NCBI GenBank assembly: GCA_039683575.1
Contig: JBDKRC010000206.1
Location: forward strand, 1-33,263
Direction: 5' to 3'
Length of the DNA: 33,263 bases
Source of the DNA: Armatimonadia bacterium
Lineage (GTDB): Bacteria > Armatimonadota > Zipacnadia > Zipacnadales > UBA11051
Position 1 is the first letter of the stretch; each line of letters begins with the position of its first letter. Position numbers and translations under genes: made by a program. The notes under the pieces are model-generated. The model did not search any database and was not told where the DNA came from. It saw only the letters and a program-made list of their open reading frames with translations. Of the stretch, positions 1 through 7,826 are shown in pieces.

Positions 1-110
1 GGCTCAACAGCGCGAAGATCGCGCGCTCGCTCTGCGACAGCCCGCGCCACGACCGCCGCCGCCGCTCGCTTGAGCAAGTCGGGCTGGATTGGGACCAGCT
101 GAGCGCTTAA
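1..110 (+). CDS. 3' end of a gene entering from the left edge (unknown product)
   Basis: The frame starting at position 3 is open (LNSAKIARSLCDSPRHDRRRRSLEQVGLDWDQLSA) and ends in TAA at 108-110. It is too short to assign a product. Confidence 0.5.
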   Translation, partial: LNSAKIARSLCDSPRHDRRRRSLEQVGLDWDQLSA

Positions 111-121
111 GTTTACGCGTA

Positions 122-546
122 TGCCCCGTTGGGGTCAGACGGCGGGGACGGTGTGGCGGCGGCGTCTCGAGACCCTTTCGGGGTCCTGGAGGGGTATGGC
201 GATGGCACCAGGGGTTTCACCCCTGGCTATAGTCGGTGACCCCTTTGGGGTCAGACGGCGGGGACGGTGTGGGTTTGGCGGAGCGCTCCCTGGCGGTGTC
301 TCGAGACCCTTTCGGGGTCCTGGAGAGGTATGGCGATGGTACCAGGGGTTTCACCCCTGGCTATAGTCGGTGATCCCGTTGGGGTCAGACGGCGGGAACG
401 GTGTGGGTTTGGCGGAGCGCTCCCCGGCGGTGTCTCGAGACCCTTTCGGGGTCAGGGAGGGGTATGGCGATGGTACCAGGGGCTTCACCCCTGGCTATAG
501 TCGGTGACCCCTTTGGGGTCAGACGGCGGGCACGGTGTGGCGGCGG
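122..546. repeat. REP/BIME-like tandem array of palindromic units (about 134 bp period, three units plus a terminal partial)
   Basis: Hairpin GACCCC-TTT-GGGGTC (or variants) occurs at about 122, 238, 372 and 506. Each unit also carries GACCCTTTCGGGGTC and the inverted repeat CCAGGGGT-TTC-ACCCCTGG. Units are near identical and intergenic. Confidence 0.85.
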
Positions 547-573
547 CGCGTATATCACATTGGATGAAATGAC

Positions 574-1647
574 ATGAACGAGAACACGAGAGCTTTGCTT
601 GATGAGATCCTCCTGACCCACTCGCCCTGCGGGCAGGAACAGGAGGTGGAGGCGATTTGCCTGCGCCGCTTTGCCGAGCACTGCGACGAGGTCTGGCAGG
701 ACCCTAACGGCAATGTCATCGGTAAGATCGCCGGCGAATCGTCGGAGGACGGTACGCTGCTTCTCGCCCACAAGGATGAGATCGGCACGATGGTTCGCAA
801 GGTGGACGATGACGGCAAAATGTGGCTGGAGCCGCTTGGCGGCACGCTGCCCTGGCGCTACGGTGAGGGGCCGTACGACGTGCTTGGTGACGAGATCGTG
901 ACCGGCATTCTCTCGGTGGGCAGCACCCATGTCAGCCATCTCTCTGCCCGCATCCACAAGGCGAAGGTGGAGAAGCCGCTTGACTGGGAGACCTGCTACC
1001 TGGACTGCAAGCTGAACAAGCAGGAACTGGCCGAGAAGGGCATCGGCATCGGCAGCCTGGCCTGTGTCTCGCGCAGGCGCAAGCAACCCTTCTACCTGCG
1101 GGACAAGTACGTCGGGGGGTATGCCCTCGATGATAAGGCTGCGATCGTCAGTCTCCTGGTAGCCATGCAGGAGGTAAAGGCGAGCGGCCGCAAGCCACGG
1201 TTTGACGTGTACTTCGGGGCTACGGGCGTGGAGGAACTGGGGATTTCGGGCGGAGCGTATGTTACCCGCACTCTCACCGCTCGTCATGCCATCAATACCG
1301 TTATCGCCGCCGAGGTCGCGCCGGTGGCGGAGGAATATCCGACGGAACTTGACGGCCGCCCGGTCATCCTAATGAAGGACGCGGTCTTTATGTACCACCC
1401 CGGCCTATGCCGAGAACTGGTGCGTACCGCCGACCGTCTGAGCCTTGGGCACCAGCAGGTCGTGGTGCGGTGCTTCGGCAGCGACACGAGCAGCGTTGCG
1501 AAATATGGGTTCATCGGCCGCGCCGGCTGCGTGGGGTTCGCGACAGAGAACACTCACGGCTTCGAAGTCGCGCCTGTGGCGGCGATCGAAAATGTCGGGA
1601 AACTCCTGGCGGGGTATGTCCTCGGTGAGGGTCCAAATGAAGAATAG
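574..1647 (+). CDS. M42 family metallo-aminopeptidase
   Basis: M42/M20-type motifs: SPCGQE near the N-terminus, AHKDEIG, ALDDKA, GVEELG and C-terminal NTHGFE. 357 aa. Confidence 0.85.
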   Translation: MNENTRALLDEILLTHSPCGQEQEVEAICLRRFAEHCDEVWQDPNGNVIGKIAGESSEDGTLLLAHKDEIGTMVRKVDDDGKMWLEPLGGTLPWRYGEGPYDVLGDEIVTGILSVGSTHVSHLSARIHKAKVEKPLDWETCYLDCKLNKQELAEKGIGIGSLACVSRRRKQPFYLRDKYVGGYALDDKAAIVSLLVAMQEVKASGRKPRFDVYFGATGVEELGISGGAYVTRTLTARHAINTVIAAEVAPVAEEYPTELDGRPVILMKDAVFMYHPGLCRELVRTADRLSLGHQQVVVRCFGSDTSSVAKYGFIGRAGCVGFATENTHGFEVAPVAAIENVGKLLAGYVLGEGPNEE

Positions 1648-2977
1648 CCTAGCCTGCTCGTTGTGCCTGCTGCTACTGCTGGCGCCTTTGCAGGCGCAGA
1701 AGCCGGGTCCACTTGTGGTGATCGACCTGCCCACTACGGGCTCCCTATCGGGCACCGCGGCTTCCCTCTACACCGCCTTGCGAGCCGAGGGCTTCGATGT
1801 CTGGTGGCTGCGGGTCCATGAGCCCGAGCAGCGTGGACGCGAGGCCGCCGCGGTACTGTGCTCCACTGGCGCCACTGTGCAGCGCGAACTGAACGTGCAA
1901 CTGAGCGACTACGTGCAAAAGGGCGGGGGGCTGGTCTACCTGGCAGGCGGCTACTCCGAACAGCTTCAGGAGAACCAGAGTTTTCTGAAACCCTTCAACG
2001 TCAAGGTTGAGCAGATCAAGCGCGTCGGCGAAGTGCAACTGGCGCGGCACCGGATTTCAGCCGGCCTTGAGCAGACGCGTTTCGGGGCCGTGCCGCTGAG
2101 GTTCACGAGTGACAGCCTGGACGTTCTGGCTACTCAGGGCGACGAGCCCGTGGCCCTTGCGGGGGGAATGGGCACTGGTCGCACGGTGTTTATGCCTGCA
2201 GCTCTCGGAGCCGGCTCAAACACCAATCGTGCCCCCGAGGCTGACAAGATCAAGCTGTTGGTGCAGTCGCTCAAGTGGGTCGCGGAAAAAGGCGCGGTGA
2301 CCGGTCCTGACATCGGCCCCGGTTCTCCGGCAACTGCAGTTCCCGCGGAAGCCAATCTCTCGCCCAGGATCATCGTTGACGTCCCGGACGTGGAGCCGTG
2401 GAAGGCGATTGGTTCCCGCCTTCAGGACGCTCTCCTGCCGGTGACGCTGCCGGTGGTGATGGTGACATACCAGAAGGGCACCGACACGCTGGCCCAGGCG
2501 GCTGCAGCGCGGCCGTCTCTCATCGTGCTCAGTGGCAGTCGTGACTTCGAAGAGGCGGAGGGGCCGATGCTGGTGGAGTACGTCCGCTCCGGCGGCTCGC
2601 TACTGGTCCTCGGCTACGGTGCGACCAACCAGATCCCGAAGGTCACGGCGCTGAACCGCCTGCTCGGGGAGTTCGGCATCGGCTTCACCTACGGGCGCCC
2701 GGCAGGTAAAGCGACGCTGCAGCAGCATCCCGCCACAGCAGGGCTCACCGCCCTTGGCAAGGCCCCGGCCGGCAGCGCCGTATGGGCAGTGGCGCAGTGG
2801 CCTCTGGCCACGGTGGACAGCCGCGCCATCGCTGCCGCGCATGAGGTCGGTCGTGGCCGCATCATCGTTTTCGATGCCGCCACTCTGCTGCCAGCCACGG
2901 GCAAAGGCGCCATCGATGAGAGCCAGTCCTTCCGCGAGTTGCTCAGCGGCTGTGTCCGCTGGCTGACCGGCCGCTGA
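1637..2977 (+). CDS. Secreted hypothetical protein with two tandem class I GATase-like/DUF4350-like domains
   Basis: ATG at 1637 overlaps the upstream gene end and begins a signal peptide (MKNSLACSLCLLLLLAPLQA). Repeated motifs YVQKGGGLVYL/YVRSGGSLLVL and GTGRTVF/GRGRIIVF are separated by a Pro/Gly/Ala linker. Confidence 0.65.
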   Translation: MKNSLACSLCLLLLLAPLQAQKPGPLVVIDLPTTGSLSGTAASLYTALRAEGFDVWWLRVHEPEQRGREAAAVLCSTGATVQRELNVQLSDYVQKGGGLVYLAGGYSEQLQENQSFLKPFNVKVEQIKRVGEVQLARHRISAGLEQTRFGAVPLRFTSDSLDVLATQGDEPVALAGGMGTGRTVFMPAALGAGSNTNRAPEADKIKLLVQSLKWVAEKGAVTGPDIGPGSPATAVPAEANLSPRIIVDVPDVEPWKAIGSRLQDALLPVTLPVVMVTYQKGTDTLAQAAAARPSLIVLSGSRDFEEAEGPMLVEYVRSGGSLLVLGYGATNQIPKVTALNRLLGEFGIGFTYGRPAGKATLQQHPATAGLTALGKAPAGSAVWAVAQWPLATVDSRAIAAAHEVGRGRIIVFDAATLLPATGKGAIDESQSFRELLSGCVRWLTGR

Positions 2978-3069
2978 CACCCCAACCCGCCAGGAGCGGC
3001 ATGACCCACCTACCCAGCAAGGCCGCGGCCACACCAGTCATTATCACTTCCGCCTCAGAGGAGACGTCC

Positions 3070-3735
3070 ATGCTCTACGACTTCCATACCCATACTTTTC
3101 TCTCGGACGGGGTGCTCTCGCCGATTGAGCTGATCCGCCGCTGCATCGTCAACGGTTACACGGCTCTCGGCATCGCGGACCACTGCGGCGCCAGCACGCT
3201 GGAGCGGATCATCTGCGAGGTCCGTAAGGACGCCGACCTGGCCCGCCGCTACTGGGACTTCACTGTGCTGACGGGCGTGGAACTCACGCATGTGCCCGCC
3301 GCCTCGATCGCGGAGTTGGCGGCGCAGGCCAAGGGGCTTGGCGCTGACTACGTAGTCGTGCACGGCGAATCCCCGGTTGAGCCGGTCGAGCCCGGCACGA
3401 ACCTCGCCGCCGCCTCCTGCCCTGACGTGGACATCCTTGCCCATCCCGGTCTACTGAGTGCCGAGGCCGCCGAGGCTGCCGCTGCCAACGGGGTGTTCAT
3501 CGAGATCACGGCCAAGGACGGCCACTCGCTCGGGAACGGGCATGTCGTTCGCGTTGCCAGCGCTGCCCGGGCGAAGATGCTGATCAATACCGATACGCAC
3601 GTCCCGGGCCAGCTCCTAAGCGAGGCCTTCGCCCGCCACGTCGCGCTGTGCGCGGGGCTGGCTGAGGCGGAACTGGAGGGGATTCTCGTACGGAACCCCC
3701 AGGAGCTGATTGCGCGGGCGGAGGCACGGAGATGA
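3070..3735 (+). CDS. PHP domain protein (histidinol-phosphatase-like phosphoesterase family)
   Basis: SD GAGGAG precedes ATG 3070. PHP metal-binding motifs DFHTHT-x2-SDG, ADH, GVELTH, VVHGE, ILAHPG and INTDTH are present. Confidence 0.85.
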   Translation: MLYDFHTHTFLSDGVLSPIELIRRCIVNGYTALGIADHCGASTLERIICEVRKDADLARRYWDFTVLTGVELTHVPAASIAELAAQAKGLGADYVVVHGESPVEPVEPGTNLAAASCPDVDILAHPGLLSAEAAEAAAANGVFIEITAKDGHSLGNGHVVRVASAARAKMLINTDTHVPGQLLSEAFARHVALCAGLAEAELEGILVRNPQELIARAEARR

Positions 3736-5003
3736 GGAGCGTGACCAAGGCCCTGCTACTCATCTCGGCGCTCGCGGCGTTGGTGCTTACGGGCTGCGCA
3801 CGAGGCGGCGAAGCGGGCACCACCGGCCCCGAGGTGGTCATTGACCTGTATGCGCGTTACGCCGGGCCGATCAATGACGCCTTCTATTACTTCATGCCCA
3901 TAGACACCGACGGAGACTTCGGCCAGGATGGGCCGGTGCCGGTTGCGGCCGGCCCGCACTGGGAGAACGGCTGGGGCACGGGCTCGTTCTCGCACTATGT
4001 CGAATACCATCAGGGGCAGTACAACATCTACCGTACCGCCTTCGTGCCGTCACTCGAAAGCACCGGCGGCGGCATTATCGCCGTCTCCGGCAACGCCACC
4101 GGCTCTACGGTAGGGACCAGCGTCCTGACCGTCCAGGCGATCAACTATGGCGCCGTCACCGTCTCCGGCACCGCGACCATCGCCTCCGTGAGTAATGAAA
4201 GCTTGCAGGCAGCGGGGACTCTTGCACTCGCCACCAACGCCGCCGGGGAAGTCACGGCGGGCTCTGTCGTCTGGACACCGGCCACGTCTGGAGGCCGCGC
4301 TCTCAACACCGCCGAGCGGGCTGCTGTCACCGCCCTCAACGCAGGTGGCGTTGCTCTCACCGCCAGTTCGCTGGAGCCTTTGGGTCTCAACCTGACCCTC
4401 GGCACCCCCGTGCCTGGCTCTCAGACACTGACCGTTGCTCCTACGACTGCCACCATCAGGAATGTCTTCACTCCGGGCGAGAATGTCCCGGGCGCGACCA
4501 CCACGACCACCGGCACACTGCAGGCCAACACGGCCAACGCCGGAACCAACACCGCGCTGCCGGGAGCTACCGTCACAGTCACCGACTTCGTCGCTGGCGG
4601 CGCTGCTACCGTCCGGCTCGACATCTCACCCGCCGGCATTCTGGTAGGCCCTCCCTTCGACTATACCCTTCCCGGCGGCGGCAATAGCCTGCGCGTCACG
4701 ATCGACCTCGCCACGCTCGGCAGCAACATACCCGACCTGAGCATCAACTTCATCAGTACCAACGAACTCATCTTCGCCCCTGAGATCACGGACCCGAATG
4801 ATCACACCTATGATGCGCTCGGTCGCCTCGGCAACCGCTATGTTACTTTCCGCACCACACAGTTCCAGACGATCAACAACTCTTCCGGTCTGTTTGAGCA
4901 GGAGGGGGCAAACGACAGCACCCTCGAAGGCCCGACCACACCCCAACAGCGCAATTCTGTTGATCTGATGGACTGGTCAATCACTATCCGCCGCCTGCGC
5001 TAG
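3732..5003 (+). CDS. Hypothetical lipoprotein with a Thr/Ala/Gly-rich central region
   Basis: ATGA overlap with the PHP gene; signal peptide ending in lipobox LTGC. 423 aa. Confidence 0.7.
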   Translation: MRSVTKALLLISALAALVLTGCARGGEAGTTGPEVVIDLYARYAGPINDAFYYFMPIDTDGDFGQDGPVPVAAGPHWENGWGTGSFSHYVEYHQGQYNIYRTAFVPSLESTGGGIIAVSGNATGSTVGTSVLTVQAINYGAVTVSGTATIASVSNESLQAAGTLALATNAAGEVTAGSVVWTPATSGGRALNTAERAAVTALNAGGVALTASSLEPLGLNLTLGTPVPGSQTLTVAPTTATIRNVFTPGENVPGATTTTTGTLQANTANAGTNTALPGATVTVTDFVAGGAATVRLDISPAGILVGPPFDYTLPGGGNSLRVTIDLATLGSNIPDLSINFISTNELIFAPEITDPNDHTYDALGRLGNRYVTFRTTQFQTINNSSGLFEQEGANDSTLEGPTTPQQRNSVDLMDWSITIRRLR

Positions 5004-5006
5004 ACG

Positions 5007-5708
5007 ATGCTCATCACCTACCGTTCGCAGTCCGACCGCCGCCTGCTCAACCGCGCCGATCCTGCCTACTGGCACCCGGCCTATGGGCGACTGCTGGAAG
5101 CCGTCGCCTACCCGCTCGCCCGCCTGGGAGACTTCATCACCCATATTACCTATGGCCCGATCATCGTTGGCCGTAAGCTGCCAACGGCTTCGGGACAGCC
5201 TGCACTGGCGCTTGTGAATCAGGGGCAACTGGGCGACGCGGGGGTGGACCTTCGAGGAGCCGCGGTCATACCGCCGGGTTGCGACTGGGACCGCCCCTCG
5301 GCGCGCGTGCAACATGGGGACCTGTTGATCGCCCGCTCCGGCGTGGGTTCGCTTGGGAAGAACCGGCTGGCAGTGTTCTTCGAGGACTGCCCGGCCGTCG
5401 TCGGCTCATTTGTTGACCTCGTTCGGCTAGAGGGGCTCGATTCCGTGTATGTGGCCCTATTTTTGAAGACGCGGTACGGCTGGGGACAGATTCACCGCCT
5501 GATCAACGGCGTAGCGGTGCCAAATGTCAGCTTTGAGGAAATTCGCCAGCTCAGGATTGCGGTCGCACCCGAAGGCCTTCAACAAGAGCTCCGTGGGACG
5601 TATCTCCAAGCCATCCTTCCGCTCCACAACGACCACGATCCGCGCGCTACAGAGCTGCATCGCGCACTTGTGGCCCGCACGGAGGGCCTCCTGCAGAGCC
5701 GGCCATAG
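5007..5708 (+). CDS. Orphan restriction-modification specificity (HsdS-like) protein with a single target recognition domain
   Basis: TRD-type motifs RLGDF, GDLLIARSGVGSLGK, YVALFL-x5-G-x2-QI and NVSFEEIRQLRIAVAP-x3-QQE. N-terminal RADPAYWHP. 233 aa. Confidence 0.7.
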   Translation: MLITYRSQSDRRLLNRADPAYWHPAYGRLLEAVAYPLARLGDFITHITYGPIIVGRKLPTASGQPALALVNQGQLGDAGVDLRGAAVIPPGCDWDRPSARVQHGDLLIARSGVGSLGKNRLAVFFEDCPAVVGSFVDLVRLEGLDSVYVALFLKTRYGWGQIHRLINGVAVPNVSFEEIRQLRIAVAPEGLQQELRGTYLQAILPLHNDHDPRATELHRALVARTEGLLQSRP

Positions 5709-5719
5709 TATGCACGCGC

Positions 5720-5756
5720 AAAAAAAGGGCTCCCGATGATTATCGAGAGCCCTTTT
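5720..5756. terminator. Bidirectional intrinsic terminator between the convergent HsdS-like gene and clpX
   Basis: AAAAAAAGGGCTC-C-CGAT-GATT-ATCG-A-GAGCCCTTTT hairpin with an A-tract on the left and a T-tract on the right. Confidence 0.8.
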
Positions 5757-5775
5757 GCGTTGCTTTTCGTCGAGA

Positions 5776-7056
5776 CTACGCCGTCTTCTGGCGCGTCACC
5801 GCACTCTTGCGCTTTCCGCGCTCAAGCACCGGTGGCTTGCGTTCCGTGACAGTCTCGGCGCTGATCACGCAGCGGGTGATATCGCGGTCGCTCGGCACAT
5901 CGAACATCACGTCCAGCATCAACTCTTCGATGATGGTGCGCAGTGCCCGCGCCCCGGTCTGGCGCTTGATCGCCTCAGCCGCGATGGCCTCCAGCGCTTC
6001 GTCCTCGACCACGAGCTCCACGTTGTCCAGCATCTCCATCGTCTTCTGGTACTGCCGGATCAGCGCGTTCTTGGGTTCCACCAAGATGCGCCGCAGAGCC
6101 GCCTGGTCGAGAGAACTCAACGTCGCGAGGGTTGGGAGCCGGCCTATGAACTCGGGGATCATCCCGAACTGTACCAGGTCTTGCGGCATCGCCTGCGCCA
6201 GGATCTGATCATTGCTCTGATCGGCTTCCTGTAGGCTGGCGGCGCCAAAGCCGATGGCGCGGTTGTGCGTCCGCCGCCGGATGATGTCGATCAGCCCGTC
6301 GAATACCCCGCCGCAGATGAACAGGATGTTCTTGGTGTTGATCTGGATGAATTCCTGCTGCGGGTGCTTGCGGCCGCCCTGGGGCGGAACGTTGGCCACA
6401 GTGCCCTCGAGGATCTTCAAGAGAGCCTGCTGCACGCCCTCGCCCGAGACGTCGCGGGTAATGGAGGGGTTGTCCGCCCGCCGCGCGATCTTGTCGATTT
6501 CGTCAATGTAGACGATGCCCCGCTCCGCCCGCTCCACATCGTGGTTCGAGGCGATCAGGAGCTGTAGCAGGATGTTCTCGACGTCCTCGCCCACATACCC
6601 CGCCTCGGTCACGGAGGTCGCGTCGGCAATCGTGAACGGGACATCGAGCATCCGCGCCAGGGTCTGGGCCAGCAGCGTTTTGCCGCAACCAGTCGGCCCG
6701 ACGAGCAGGATGTTGGTTTTGTCCAACTCGACTTCGTCCGTCAGGCTCTCGATGCGGATACGCTTGTAGTGGTTATACACAGCCACCGACAGGACGCGCC
6801 GGGCGCGCTCCTGGCCGATGACATATTGGCCGAGGTAGTCGAAAATCTCCCGCGGCTTGGGGATGTCACTGGTCTGGTATTCAGGTTTGTGGACCTGATC
6901 TTCTTTGCCGCGCAGGATCTGGTTGCAAAGTGCCACGCAATCGGGGCAGATATACACTCCCGGCCCGGCGATCAGCTCTTTGACCTGCCGCGGCTTCTCA
7001 CGCCCGCAGAACGAGCACCGCAAGGTGCGGTTGCTGCCTCCGTTGGTAGTGTTCAT
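5776..7056 (-). CDS. clpX: ATP-dependent Clp protease ATP-binding subunit ClpX
   Basis: Zn finger CSFC...CPDC, Walker [42 protein letters not shown] and the IGF loop. Confidence 0.98.
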   Translation of the reverse strand: MNTTNGGSNRTLRCSFCGREKPRQVKELIAGPGVYICPDCVALCNQILRGKEDQVHKPEYQTSDIPKPREIFDYLGQYVIGQERARRVLSVAVYNHYKRIRIESLTDEVELDKTNILLVGPTGCGKTLLAQTLARMLDVPFTIADATSVTEAGYVGEDVENILLQLLIASNHDVERAERGIVYIDEIDKIARRADNPSITRDVSGEGVQQALLKILEGTVANVPPQGGRKHPQQEFIQINTKNILFICGGVFDGLIDIIRRRTHNRAIGFGAASLQEADQSNDQILAQAMPQDLVQFGMIPEFIGRLPTLATLSSLDQAALRRILVEPKNALIRQYQKTMEMLDNVELVVEDEALEAIAAEAIKRQTGARALRTIIEELMLDVMFDVPSDRDITRCVISAETVTERKPPVLERGKRKSAVTRQKTA

Positions 7057-7129
7057 TCACTTCTCCTGATTGCTGCGATGCAGTTCATCGATGCTGAGAG
7101 GGAGCGGTCACTGACCGCTACAAGCGTAG

Positions 7130-7726
7130 CTATTCAGCGCTATCCGGCTGCCGCTCAGCCACTTCATCCACGAGGCCGTATGCCTTGGCCTCGGACGCGC
7201 TCATGTAGTAGTCCCGGTCCGTATCCTTCTCGATGCGGTCCAGCGCCTGGCCGGTGTGGTGCGCCAGGATCTTGTTCAGGCTCTCGCGCGTGCGCAGGAT
7301 CTCTTCCGCCTGGATCTTCAGATCGGTCGCCTGCCCGGCGATTCCGGGTGACCACGGCTGGTGGATCAGGACCCTGGCGTGGGGGAGAGCATGTCGCTTT
7401 CCGGGTTCGCCAGCTGCGAGAAGCACCGCTGCCATGCTGGCTGCCAGGCCCACGCACCAGGTGTGGACTTCCGGCCCGATGTACTGCATCGTGTCATAGA
7501 TACCCAATCCCGCCGTGGTTGAACCACCCGGCGAGTTGATGTACATATGGATCGGCTCGGTCCGATCTTCGCTCTGCAGGAACAGCAGCTGCGCGATTGT
7601 CAGGCTTGCTACCGTGTCATCTATAGGTGTACCAATGAACACGATCCGGTCACGCAACAAACGGCTGAAGATGTCGTAAAACCGTTCCCCACGAGGGGTC
7701 TGCTCGATGACACTCGGTATCAACAT
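7130..7726 (-). CDS. clpP: ATP-dependent Clp protease proteolytic subunit ClpP
   Basis: [25 protein letters not shown] (catalytic Ser), IHQP (His) and DTDRD. Confidence 0.98.
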   Translation of the reverse strand: MLIPSVIEQTPRGERFYDIFSRLLRDRIVFIGTPIDDTVASLTIAQLLFLQSEDRTEPIHMYINSPGGSTTAGLGIYDTMQYIGPEVHTWCVGLAASMAAVLLAAGEPGKRHALPHARVLIHQPWSPGIAGQATDLKIQAEEILRTRESLNKILAHHTGQALDRIEKDTDRDYYMSASEAKAYGLVDEVAERQPDSAE

Positions 7727-7826
7727 TAGCTCTTCATCCCCGCTTCATCTCTAAGGTTCTTCGGGAGCCGCGCACCCGCGCTTCGCTGAATCAGACAGTC
7801 AGCGCGGACCGCAAGTTCTATCCCGC

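Noticed and set aside
121..500. ORFs 121..366 and 267..500
   Set aside because: They are translations of the repeat array in different frames, giving the same peptide blocks.
122..546. CRISPR array
   Set aside because: The sequences between the palindromes are near-identical rather than unique spacers, the period is about 134 bp, and no cas genes are present.
5001..5009. Amber read-through fusing the lipoprotein to the HsdS-like ORF (TAG-ACG-ATG is in frame)
   Set aside because: An in-frame arrangement has a one-in-three chance, there is no evidence for recoding, and fusing an exported lipoprotein to a DNA-binding domain makes little sense.
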